A DNA stretch of 64,000 nucleotides from Macrostomum lignano (Eukaryota): assembly GCA_002269645.1 (NCBI GenBank), contig NIVC01001272.1, forward strand, positions 260,065 to 324,064. The letters run 5' to 3'. The translations under genes were made by a program, and so were the position numbers. A model generated the notes under the pieces. The model did not search any database, was not told the origin of the DNA, and saw nothing but the letters and a program-made list of their open reading frames with translations. Below, piece after piece: positions 11,258 through 28,740 of the stretch. Position 1 is the stretch's first letter, and every line of letters begins with the position of its first letter.

Positions 11258-13922
11258 AGTCGGACTTAATTTTATGTTTCACAATTTAATTAGCGGAAAA
11301 ATTGACCGAGAAGTAAACGTATCTCAAGCTTCAAATCTCACTAAACTACTCACCAGTAATATGATTGCGCGTTTATTATTATAATTTTATTTATTTATTC
11401 AATGCTTGCCGTTTTCTTTGGTGCAATAATTGTTGGATTATTTAATGACTAGCCGAGTTGCTGTGCTCTGTCCCCAAATACCAATTCATTTTTATTCTAG
11501 CTAAATTTTTAAAAGAACATTATCACAAAATTATTTTGTCAATTTTTTCTACGAGAGTGTGTCAGTAGTATCTGCTGAGCGATGTCGCCGAAATTCAAAA
11601 AAGGAATAACTATATTTAATTTTTTATTTAAATTACTTTATATACTTTATAAACAGTTAATTATATTACTATTATTATTATATTTATAAAAGTACACCTA
11701 ATTATATTTATTGCTTTCTAATGATGAACTTTTTTGTTTGTATTTTTTTGTTTTTTTTTTACCCTCGACAATGCAATAATATGTTGGTATTAGTATGTAT
11801 GGCAGTTTATTTATTTATTAAACAGTTTAAACCACGCTTATAGTTTTTTATATTTATAACTTTACCTAGTGAGTTGCAATCATTTCTATATTTAAGCTAT
11901 AATTAGTAACTCTTATCTACCTGTAGTTTTGCATGAAATTTCAGCTTCTATGAATGGTCAGTTTTTGAAATATATTAACACTATTTACTATAATTATTAT
12001 TATTGCATACGCGACTAAAAGTTTATTAGGTCAATTTCTAAGAATTTTTTTGCGTTTGATGTCGTTACGTTTTGATTTCTTTTTTAGTACTTTGACAGCT
12101 GTGTCATGAACTTGGCCCAAAATTACCACTGAGAATCGCCCCTCAACCACCCTGAGAATCGCCTCTAAGCCATCCTGAGAATCGCCCCTAAACCAACCTG
12201 AGAATCACCCCTAAACCACCCTGAGAATCGCCCCTAAACAACCACTGAGAATCGCCTCTAAGCCATCCTGAGAATCGCCTCTAAGCCATCCTGAGAATCG
12301 CCTCTAAGCCATCCTGAGAATCGCCTCTAAACCACCACTGAGAATCGCCCCTAAACCACCACTGAGAATCGCCTCTAAGCCATCCTGAGAATCGCCTCTA
12401 AGCCATCCTGAGAATCGCCTCTAAACCACCACTGAGAATCGCCTCTAAGCCATCCTGAGAATCGCCTCTAAGCCATCCTGAGAATCGCCTCTAAGCCATC
12501 CTGAGAATCGCCTCTAAACCACCACTGAGAATCGCCCCTAAACCACCACTGAGAATCGCCTCTAAGCCATCCTGAGAATCGCCTCTAAACCACCACTGAG
12601 AATCGCCCCTAAACCACCCTGAGAATCGCCCCTAAACCACCACTGAGAATCGCCTCTAAGCCATCCTGAGAATCGCCTCTAAACCACCACTGAGAATCGC
12701 CCCTAAACCACCCTGAGAATCGCCCCTAAACCACCCTGAGAATCGCCTTTAAACCACCCTGAGAATCGCCTTTAAACCACCCTGAGAATCGCCTCTAAAC
12801 CACCCTGAGAATCGCCTCTAAACCACCCTGAGAATCGCCTCTAAACCACCCTGAGAATCGCCTCTAAGCCATCCTGAGAATCGCGTCTAAACCACCACTG
12901 AGAATCGCCCCTAAACCACCACTGAGAATCGCCTTTAAACCACCCTGAGAATTGCCTCTAAACCACCCTGAGAATCGCCTTTAAACCACCCTGAGAATCG
13001 CCTTTAAACCACCCTGAGAATCGCCTCTAAACCACCCTGAGAATCGCCTCTAAACCACCCTGAGAATCGCCTCTAAACCACCCTGAGAATCGCCTCTAAA
13101 CCACCCTGAGAATCGCCTCTAAACCACCCTGAGAATCGCCTCTAAACCACCCTGAGAATCGCCTCTAAGCCATCCTGAGAATCGCCTCTAAACCACCACT
13201 GAGAATCGCCCCTAAACCACCACTGAGAATCGCCTTTAAACCACCCTGAGAATCGCCTCTAAACCACCCTGAGAATCGCCTCTAAACCACCACTGAGAAT
13301 CGCCCCTAAACCACCCTGAGAATCGCCTCTAAACCACCCTGAGAATCGCCTCTAAACCACCCTGAGAATCGCCTCTAAACCACCCTGAGAATCGCGTCTA
13401 AGCCATCCTGAGAATCGCCCCTAAACCACCCTGAGAATCGCCCCTAAACCACCCTGAGAATCGCCCCTAAACCACCACTGAGAATCGCCTCTAAGCCATC
13501 CTGAGAATCGCCTCTAAGCCATCCTGAGAATCGCCTCTAAACCACCACTGAGAATCGCCTCTAAACCACCCTGAGAATCGCCCCTAAACCACCCTGAGAA
13601 TCGCCTTTAAACCACCCTGAGAATCGCCTCTAAACCACCCTGAGAATCGCCTTTAAACCACCCTGAGAATTGCCTCTAAACCACCCTGAGAATCGCCTCT
13701 AAACCACCCTGAGAATCGCCTCTAAGCCATCCTGAGAATCGCCTCTAAACCACCACTGAGAATCGCCCCTAAACCACCACTGAGAATCGCCTCTAAGCCA
13801 TCCTGAGAATCGCCTCTAAACCACCACTGAGAATCGCCCCTAAACCACCCTGAGAATCGCCCCTAAACCACCCTGAGAATCGCCCCTAAACCACCCTGAG
13901 AATCGCCTTTAAACCACCCTGA

Positions 13923-18070
<4,148 letters not shown>

Positions 18071-20410
18071 AACCACCCTGAGAATCGCCTCTAAACCACC
18101 CTGAGAATCGCCTCTAAACCACCCTGAGAATCGCCCCTAAACCACCCTGAGAATCGCCTCTAAACCACCCTGAGAATCGCCTCTAAACCACCCTGAGAAT
18201 CGCCTTTAAACCACCCTGAGAATCGCCTCTAAACCACCCTGAGAATCGCCTCTAAACCACCCTGAGAATCGCCTCTAAACCACCCTGAGAATCGCCTCTA
18301 AGCCATCCTGAGAATCGCCTCTAAACCACCACTGAGAATCGCCCCTAAACCACCACTGAGAATCGCCTCTAAGCCATCCTGAGAATCGCCTCTAAACCAC
18401 CACTGAGAATCGCCCCTAAACCACCCTGAGAATCGCCCCTAAACCACCCTGAGAATCGCCCCTAAACCACCCTGAGAATCGCCTTTAAACCACCCTGAGA
18501 ATCGCCTCTAAACCACCCTGAGAATCGCCTCTAAACCACCCTGAGAATCGTCTCTAAACCACCCTGAGAATCGCCCCTAAACCACCCTGAGAATCGCCTC
18601 TAAACCACCCTGAGAATCGCCTTTAAACCACCCTGAGAATCGCCTCTAAACCACCCTGAGAATCGCCTCTAAACCACCCTGAGAATCGCCTCTAAACCAC
18701 CCTGAGAATCGCCTCTAAACCACCCTGAGAATCGCCTCTAAGCCATCCTGAGAATCGCCTTTAAACCACCCTGAGAATCGCCTCTAAACCACCACTGAGA
18801 ATCGCCTTTAAACCACCCTGAGAATTGCCTCTAAACCACCCTGAGAATCGCCTTTAAACCACCCTGAGAATCGCCTTTAAACCACCCTGAGAATCGCCTC
18901 TAAACCACCCTGAGAATCGCCTCTAAACCACCCTGAGAATCGCCTCTAAACCACCACTGAGAATCGCCCCTAAACCACCACTGAGAATCGCCTCTAAGCC
19001 ATCCTGAGAATCGCCTCTAAACCACCACTGAGAATCGCCCCTAAACCACCCTGAGAATCGCCCCTAAACCACCCTGAGAATCGCCCCTAAACCACCCTGA
19101 GAATCGCCTTTAAACCACCCTGAGAATCGCCTCTAAACCACCCTGAGAATCGCCTCTAAACCACCCTGAGAATCGCCTCTAAACCACCCTGAGAATCGCC
19201 TCTAAACCACCCTGAGAATCGCCCCTAAACCACCCTGAGAATCGCCTCTAAACCACCCTGAGAATCGCCTCTAAACCACCCTGAGAATCGCCTTTAAACC
19301 ACCCTGAGAATCGCCTCTAAACCACCCTGAGAATCGCCTCTAAACCACCCTGAGAATCGCCTCTAAACCACCCTGAGAATCGCCTCTAAGCCATCCTGAG
19401 AATCGCCTCTAAACCACCACTGAGAATCGCCCCTAAACCACCACTGAGAATCGCCTCTAAGCCATCCTGAGAATCGCCTCTAAACCACCACTGAGAATCG
19501 CCCCTAAACCACCCTGAGAATCGCCCCTAAACCACCCTGAGAATCGCCCCTAAACCACCCTGAGAATCGCCTTTAAACCACCCTGAGAATCGCCTCTAAA
19601 CCACCCTGAGAATCGCCTCTAAACCACCCTGAGAATCGTCTCTAAACCACCCTGAGAATCGCCCCTAAACCACCCTGAGAATCGCCTCTAAACCACCCTG
19701 AGAATCGCCTTTAAACCACCCTGAGAATCGCCTCTAAACCACCCTGAGAATCGCCTCTAAACCACCCTGAGAATCGCCTCTAAACCACCCTGAGAATCGC
19801 CTCTAAACCACCCTGAGAATCGCCTCTAAACCACCCTGAGAATCGCCCCTAAACCACCCTGAGAATCGCCTCTAAACCACCCTGAGAATCGCCTCTAAAC
19901 CACCCTGAGAATCGCCTCTAAGCCATCCTGAGAATCGCCTCTAAACCACCACTGAGAATCGCCCCTAAACCACCACTGAGAATCGCCTCTAAGCCATCCT
20001 GAGAATCGCCTCTAAACCACCACTGAGAATCGCCCCTAAACCACCCTGAGAATCGCCCCTAAACCACCCTGAGAATCGCCCCTAAACCACCCTGAGAATC
20101 GCCTTTAAACCACCCTGAGAATCGCCTCTAAACCACCCTGAGAATCGCCTCTAAACCACCCTGAGAATCGCCTCTAAACCACCCTGAGAATCGCCTCTAA
20201 ACCACCCTGAGAATCGCCTCTAAACCACCCTGAGAATCGCCTTTAAACCACCCTGAGAATCGCCTCTAAACCACCCTGAGAATCGCCTTTAAACCACCCT
20301 GAGAATCGCCTCTAAACCACCACTGAGAATCGCCTCTAAACCACCCTGAGAATCGCCTCTAAACCACCCTGAGAATCGCCTCTAAGCCATCCTGAGAATC
20401 GCCTCTAAAC

Positions 20411-23400
20411 CAGTGTTGCCACTTGTGGCGTTTTTTAACGCTGGCGTTTTTTTTGGCATTAGGCGTTTTTTTTCTCCAAATTCTCACTTTCTGGCGTTTT
20501 TTCTTGAATGGTTCATTGATCCTTGTAATATTTTTGTACTGCACTCAAATAACAGTAATGCTAATAATAAACACTGTACAAAATACAATTTAAAGAACTC
20601 GCTTTTGCTTTCCTGCTTAGTAACATTTAGAAACCACTAAAAATACCCCACAGAATTGCCCTTGAACCCACAGAACCGCCCTCAACACCACAGAATCGCC
20701 CTCACCCAATACCATAGGTTATTATTAGCATACCTGACATTGCCATTTTAACTTAAGTATTTTCATATGCATTTCAATCATAAGCTGATTTTAAACTCCA
20801 GACAACAACAACAAAGAATAATTTCTGTGAGCATGAGCACTGCGTCGAACGATTCAAAGCGAACTCGGCTAACAACTTTCGACGCCGCTTGGATTGTTTC
20901 CCTAGAAGCAGAGAAATGGTTGACGAAGGGTAAAGTCAATACAGACGCGTTCTGCCTTTTCTGCGATAGACCGATACATGTTGGAAGCGGTGGAATTTCC
21001 GCCATCAAACAGCACATGAAAGCAAAAATTCACGAAGCAAATGCAGCTACAGCACTGCAGCAGAAGCAGAAGTCAATCGCATCCTTCTGCACTAAACAGA
21101 AAGATCCAGCAGCTAGTAGTAGCGATGACAAGTCAATCAAAACGACTGCAGCCGAAATTCGCTGGGTGTGGAACTCGGCATACAAATCGAAGAGCTTTAA
21201 CACGGAGGACGACAGTCCTGATTTATTCCGAGCCATGTTTTCGGATTCTAAAATCGCTGCAAGCTTTTCTTGTGCCCGCACCAAGCAGGCCTACTTGCTG
21301 TCATTCGCGATCGTTCCTTTTGTGCAGCAAAAAATAACTGAGTCGATTGTGGGTGTGGATGCACTAGAATCGTCATTCGGCTTTTACTCCATCAGCTATG
21401 ATGAGAGTGACGGTCTTATGATGATTTGCGTACGTTATCTTAATTCTGAGGGCAGTGTTGTGGTCGAGATGCTCAACCAACTTCCTCTGGAAGGCCACGA
21501 CGCTGCTTCATGTGCGCAACTAATTCGACAGTGCGTTTTGGACAGCAAGCTCCCTTTATCGAAATGGATTGGAAATTTTTCCGATGGTTGCAGCGTGATG
21601 GTTGGCGAACACGCCGGGGTGTCTGCAATCTTGCGTCAAACTCCTGAGCTCGAACATCTACTTGACATAGGTAGCTGCACACTGCACATTGTTGCCAACG
21701 CATTTCGAAAGGCTTCAGACTGTCATCTTTCTGAAGTGTCCGACCTTGCTGACGACATTTTTGCCTGCTTCAGCAGAAGCATTACTCGTCGAAAGGAATT
21801 CAAGGCCCTGCAAGAACAAATTGGCATGGCACAGCTTTCCTTCAAGCGGAACGTGGAGTTACGATGGCTCATTCTCCTTCCCTGCTTGGAGCGCATAGAG
21901 GAGCAGTGGGTTCCTCTATCTCTCTTCCTTTCGCAATCTGACGACAATTCTGACCGCATGCGAAGACTCCGAGCTGCCATCCAAAACCCGGACACACTGG
22001 TTTGCGTCCGATTTATGATCCACGCTCTAAAGCTTGCAAGCCGCTTTGAGAAACTGCTCCAAGAAAGCTGTACAGTCCTAATTCACCGGCTGCATCCGGA
22101 GATGACCGCCTTGCTTGAAGCCATTGCCATCCAGTTTATACAACCATCTGCCTTTGAGAAGAAGTCGGTTGCATTCGTCAACTTTAAAGATCAAAGTCTG
22201 CATTTACCCATGACAAAGATTGTAATTGGCCAGCAAGCTACTCTGCCTGATCGGCAAAAGCCGCTACTTTTTCGCTTTAAGCAGTTTTACCTAGCGGTGG
22301 CAACCTACTTGCAGGAGAAGCTGCCGCTCAAGAAGAAAGTTCTGCGCTGCATGAAGTTTCTGGACTTCACAACTGAAGTCGATGAAGAGGCTGTGCTGTT
22401 CGTTGCTAAAAAGCTTCCTCTAGTCGTTCCAGCTAGCGACATTAGTAGCCTCCAAACTGAGGTTAGGCTACTAAATCTGCGAACCAACGCCGGCGATCTC
22501 CTTTTGCCTGACAATCACGACATTGCTGGTGGTTGGAGGAAGGCTGCCAAGACTGGTCGATACCCGCTTTTATCGCGTCTTGCTTCTGCATGCTGCACCC
22601 TGTTTCATGGAAACGCAGATGCAGAGCGGTTCATCGGAAAGTCCCACGACGCTAGCGCCAATCCAAAGCGAAATCGACTCTCGGACGAAAAGCTCCGAGA
22701 CTCACTTTTAGCTCGCAGCTTTTTGTGTGCTCGTAGCCTTAAACCAAAAAATGTGCCGATTCCTGATGAACTAATCCAGGCCGCTTTAAAGGCGAGTTCC
22801 GAGTACAAGCAGCGAATGGCTGCTGAAAAAAAGGCAAGTGAACTGGCAGCAATTAAAAAGGCAGCTGAAGCAGAACAAGAGAAGTTGCGCCGAGAAGCTG
22901 AGAAGGTAAAAACATTCCGTGAAAACATTAATTACTTTTTATAATGAATTTATATTACTGTATTTAATTCAATATTTCCCGCAACATTATAGAACGCTGA
23001 GCGAAAAGATGCACTTGAACGCCTCGCTCAGGAACAGAGCCAGCAGGTCGCGAAAAAAGCGGAGACTACGGCAAAGTGCATTGAAGCCGAGCGAGACGTT
23101 CAAATTGCGATTGACAGGCTGCGCAAAGCACAGGGAGAAGATACGGCCGTTTCTGTTCGGCTGTCACAATTTGAGTCTGAGCGGCTTGTCATTGAACAGC
23201 GTGCAATGGACCAAGTCGTTCAGCGCACAGCCGAGGAAGCAGCAAGGCTGAAGCGACAAGCGGAGAACGCTGCTCTTGCACGCCTTCCCCATGTGCCTAA
23301 GAAGAAGAAAAACTAATTATTATAATTTTTGCTCGAAATTTGCTAACAAGTAACTACTGGTTTTTCGTCTTTGGCATTTTTGGAATGAGTGCCGCTGTGT

Positions 23401-23568
23401 CAGAAGTCACCAGACACAATATACGTGCAATAGATACAATATAAGTACAATATTCGAATCTGGTAACAGTGATACGGCTAGCAAGGAAGTCCTTTTTATG
23501 AGAAAAAAAGTTGGCGTTATTTTTTTCGGCCTGCGTTTTTTTTTCGAAATCAGTCAGTGGCAACACTG
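20411..23568 (+). mobile_element. Autonomous-looking hAT-superfamily DNA transposon (3,158 bp)
   Basis: Perfect 13-bp TIRs CAGTGTTGCCACT (20411-20423) and AGTGGCAACACTG (23556-23568). 8-bp TSD CTCTAAAC at 20403-20410 and 23569-23576. Subterminal GGCGTTTTTT repeats. Confidence 0.95.
20767..23316 (+). CDS. hAT transposase; exons 20767-22905 and 22993-23316 (~820 aa; the true start may be a downstream Met)
   Basis: BED-like finger CLFC...HMKAKIH. Catalytic and family motifs SYDES, SDGCSVM, CTLHIVAN, RWL, GNADAERF and RNRL. An 87-bp GT-AG intron (phase 0) joins an open coiled-coil exon ending PKKKKN*. Confidence 0.88.
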
Positions 23569-26500
23569 CTCTAAACCACCACTGAGAATCGCCCCTAAAC
23601 CACCACTGAGAATCGCCTCTAAGCCATCCTGAGAATCGCCTCTAAACCACCCTGAGAATCGCCTCTAAACCACCCTGAGAATCGTCTCTAAACCACCCTG
23701 AGAATCGCCCCTAAACCACCCTGAGAATCGCCTCTAAACCACCCTGAGAATCGCCTTTAAACCACCCTGAGAATCGCCTCTAAACCACCCTGAGAATCGC
23801 CTCTAAACCACCCTGAGAATCGCCTCTAAACCACCCTGAGAATCGCCTCTAAACCACCCTGAGAATCGCCTCTAAACCACCCTGAGAATCGCCTCTAAAC
23901 CACCCTGAGAATCGCCTCTAAACCACCCTGAGAATCGCCTCTAAGCCATCCTGAGAATCGCCTCTAAACCACCACTGAGAATCGCCCCTAAACCACCACT
24001 GAGAATCGCCTCTAAGCCATCCTGAGAATCGCCTCTAAACCACCACTGAGAATCGCCCCTAAACCACCCTGAGAATCGCCCCTAAACCACCCTGAGAATC
24101 GCCCCTAAACCACCCTGAGAATCGCCTTTAAACCACCCTGAGAATCGCCTCTAAACCACCCTGAGAATCGCCTCTAAACCACCCTGAGAATCGCCTCTAA
24201 ACCACCCTGAGAATCGCCTCTAAACCACCCTGAGAATCGCCTCTAAACCACCCTGAGAATCGCCTTTAAACCACCCTGAGAATCGCCTCTAAACCACCCT
24301 GAGAATCGCCTCTAAACCACCCTGAGAATCGCCTTTAAACCACCCTGAGAATCGCCTCTAAACCACCACTGAGAATCGCCTCTAAACCACCCTGAGAATC
24401 GCCTCTAAACCACCCTGAGAATCGCCTCTAAGCCATCCTGAGAATCGCCTCTAAACCACCACTGAGAATCGCCCCTAAACCACCACTGAGAATCGCCTCT
24501 AAGCCATCCTGAGAATCGCCCCTAAACCACCCTGAGAATCGCCCCTAAACCACCCTGAGAATCGCCCCTAAACCACCCTGAGAATCTCCTTTAAACCACC
24601 CTGAGAATCGCCTCTAAACCACCCTGAGAATCGCCTCTAAACCACCCTGAGAATCGCCTCTAAGCCATCCTGAGAATCGCCTCTAAACCACCACTGAGAA
24701 TCGCCCCTAAACCACCACTGAGAATCGCCTTTAAACCACCCTGAGAATCGCCTCTAAACCACCCTGAGAATCGCCTCTAAACCACCACTGAGAATCGCCT
24801 TTAAACCACCCTGAGAATCGCCTCTAAACCACCCTGAGAATCGCCTCTAAACCACCACTGAGAATCGCCCCTAAACCACCCTGAGAATCGCCTCTAAACC
24901 ACCCTGAGAATCGCCTCTAAACCACCCTGAGAATCGCGTCTAAGCCATCCTGAGAATCGCCCCTAAACCACCCTGAGAATCGCCCCTAAACCACCCTGAG
25001 AATCGCCCCTAAACCACCACTGAGAATCGCCTCTAAGCCATCCTGAGAATCGCCTCTAAGCCATCCTGAGAATCGCCTCTAAACCACCACTGAGAATCGC
25101 CCCTAAACCACCCTGAGAATCGCCCCTAAACCACCCTGAGAATCGCCTTTAAACCACCCTGAGAATCGCCTCTAAACCACCCTGAGAATCGCCTTTAAAC
25201 CACCCTGAGAATTGCCTCTAAACCACCCTGAGAATCGCCTCTAAACCACCCTGAGAATCGCCTCTAAGCCATCCTGAGAATCGCCTCTAAACCACCACTG
25301 AGAATCGCCCCTAAACCACCACTGAGAATCGCCTCTAAGCCATCCTGAGAATCGCCTCTAAACCACCACTGAGAATCGCCCCTAAACCACCACTGAGAAT
25401 CGCCTCTAAGCCATCCTGAGAATCGCCTCTAAACCACCACTGAGAATCGCCCCTAAACCACCCTGAGAATCGCCCCTAAACCACCACTGAGAATCGCCTC
25501 TAAGCCATCCTGAGAATCGCCTCTAAACCACCACTGAGAATCGCCCCTAAACCACCACTGAGAATCGCCTCTAAGCCATCCTGAGAATCGCCTCTAAACC
25601 ACCACTGAGAATCGCCCCTAAACCACCCTGAGAATCGCCCCTAAACCACCCTGAGAATCGCCCCTAAACCACCCTGAGAATCGCCTTTAAACCACCCTGA
25701 GAATCGCCTCTAAACCACCCTGAGAATCGCCTCTAAACCACCCTGAGAATCGCCTCTAAACCACCCTGAGAATCGCCTCTAAACCACCCTGAGAATCGCC
25801 CTAAACCACCCTGAGAATCGCCTCTAAACCACCCTGAGAATCGCCTCTAAACCACCCTGAGAATCGCCTTTAAACCACCCTGAGAATCGCCTCTAAACCA
25901 CCCTGAGAATCGCCTCTAAACCACCCTGAGAATCGCCTCTAAACCACCCTGAGAATCGCCTCTAAGCCATCCTGAGAATCGCCTCTAAACCACCACTGAG
26001 AATCGCCCCTAAACCACCACTGAGAATCGCCTCTAAGCCATCCTGAGAATCGCCTCTAAACCACCACTGAGAATCGCCCCTAAACCACCCTGAGAATCGC
26101 CCCTAAACCACCCTGAGAATCGCCCCTAAACCACCCTGAGAATCGCCTTTAAACCACCCTGAGAATCGCCTCTAAACCACCCTGAGAATCGCCTCTAAAC
26201 CACCCTGAGAATCGTCTTTAAACCACCCTGAGAATCGCCCTAAACCACCCTGAGAATCGCCTCTAAACCACCCTGAGAATCGCCTTTAAACCACCCTGAG
26301 AATCGCCTCTAAACCACCCTGAGAATCGCCTCTAAACCACCCTGAGAATCGCCTCTAAACCACCCTGAGAATCGCCTCTAAACCACCCTGAGAATCGCCT
26401 CTAAACCACCCTGAGAATCGCCTCTAAACCACCCTGAGAATCGCCTCTAAACCACCCTGAGAATCGCCTCTAAACCACCCTGAGAATCGCCTCTAAGCCA

Positions 26501-28740
26501 TCCTGAGAATCGCCTCTAAACCACCACTGAGAATCGCCCCTAAACCACCACTGAGAATCGCCTCTAAGCCATCCTGAGAATCGCCTCTAAACCACCACTG
26601 AGAATCGCCCCTAAACCACCCTGAGAATCGCCCCTAAACCACCCTGAGAATCGCCCCTAAACCACCCTGAGAATCGCCTTTAAACCACCCTGAGAATCGC
26701 CTCTAAACCACCCTGAGAATCGCCTCTAAACCACCCTGAGAATCGCCTCTAAACCACCCTGAGAATCGCCTCTAAACCACCCTGAGAATCGCCTCTAAAC
26801 CACCCTGAGAATCGCCTTTAAACCACCCTGAGAATCGCCTCTAAACCACCCTGAGAATCGCCTTTAAACCACCCTGAGAATCGCCTCTAAACCACCACTG
26901 AGAATCGCCTCTAAACCACCCTGAGAATCGCCTCTAAACCACCCTGAGAATCGCCTCTAAGCCATCCTGAGAATCGCCTCTAAACCACCACTGAGAATCG
27001 CCCCTAAACCACCACTGAGAATCGCCTCTAAGCCATCCTGAGAATCGCCTCTAAACCACCCTGAGAATCGCCCCTAAACCACCCTGAGAATCGTCTCTAA
27101 ACCACCCTGAGAATCGCCCCTAAACCACCCTGAGAATCGCCTCTAAACCACCCTGAGAATCGCCTTTAAACCACCCTGAGAATCGCCTCTAAACCACCCT
27201 GAGAATCGCCTCTAAACCACCCTGAGAATCGCCTCTAAACCACCCTGAGAATCGCCTCTAAACCACCCTGAGAATCGCCTCTAAACCACCCTGAGAATCG
27301 CCTCTAAACCACCCTGAGAATCGCCTCTAAACCACCCTGAGAATCGCCTCTAAACCACCCTGAGAATCGCCTCTAAGCCATCCTGAGAATCGCCTCTAAA
27401 CCACCACTGAGAATCGCCCCTAAACCACCACTGAGAATCGCCTCTAAGCCATCCTGAGAATCGCCTCTAAACCACCACTGAGAATCGCCCCTAAACCACC
27501 CTGAGAATCGCCCCTAAACCACCCTGAGAATCGCCCCTAAACCACCCTGAGAATCGCCTTTAAACCACCCTGAGAATCGCCTCTAAACCACCCTGAGAAT
27601 CGCCTCTAAACCACCCTGAGAATCGCCTCTAAACCACCCTGAGAATCGCCTCTAAACCACCCTGAGAATCGCCTCTAAACCACCCTGAGAATCGCCTTTA
27701 AACCACCCTGAGAATCGCCTCTAAACCACCCTGAGAATCGCCTCTAAACCACCCTGAGAATCGCCTTTAAACCACCCTGAGAATCGCCTCTAAACCACCA
27801 CTGAGAATCGCCTCTAAACCACCCTGAGAATCGCCTCTAAACCACCCTGAGAATCGCCTCTAAGCCATCCTGAGAATCGCCTCTAAACCACCACTGAGAA
27901 TCGCCCCTAAACCACCACTGAGAATCGCCTCTAAGCCATCCTGAGAATCGCCCCTAAACCACCCTGAGAATCGCCCCTAAACCACCCTGAGAATCGCCCC
28001 TAAACCACCCTGAGAATCTCCTTTAAACCACCCTGAGAATCGCCTCTAAACCACCCTGAGAATCGCCTCTAAACCACCCTGAGAATCGCCTCTAAACCAC
28101 CCTGAGAATCGCCCCTAAACCACCCTGAGAATCGCCTTTAAACCACCCTGAGAATCGCCTCTAAACCACCCTGAGAATCGCCTCTAAACCACCCTGAGAA
28201 TCGCCTCTAAACCACCCTGAGAATCGCCTTTAAACCACCCTGAGAATCGCCTTTAAACCACCCTGAGAATCGCCTCTAAGCCATCCTGAGAATCGCCTCT
28301 AAGCCATCCTGAGAATCGCCTCGAAGCCATCCTGAGAATCGCCTCGAAGCCATCCTGAGAATCGCCTCTAAGCCATCCTGAGAATCGCCTCTAAGCCATC
28401 CTGAGAATCGCCTCTAAGCCATCCTGAGAATCGCCTCAAAGCCATCCTGAGAATCGCCCTTAAACCACCCTTAGAATCGTCTCTAAACCACACAGATCGC
28501 CGCTGTTTTAGTTCAAAATGACAAACACTTCACTGAAGCGCTTCATTCTCTGATGCTCATTCAGTCGTGACAGCCACTTGACTCAAAATATATTGATATT
28601 ATAATCTCCATACAGTTACAAAAACCGCTCGGTCAGGTCTCGGTCAGAAAAAGGAAGTAAAACGCAAAACAAACTCAAGAATATATATTGTGTACTCAAG
28701 CGACCCACACGAAGCACTTTCAGGCAGTCTGGCGGGACTC

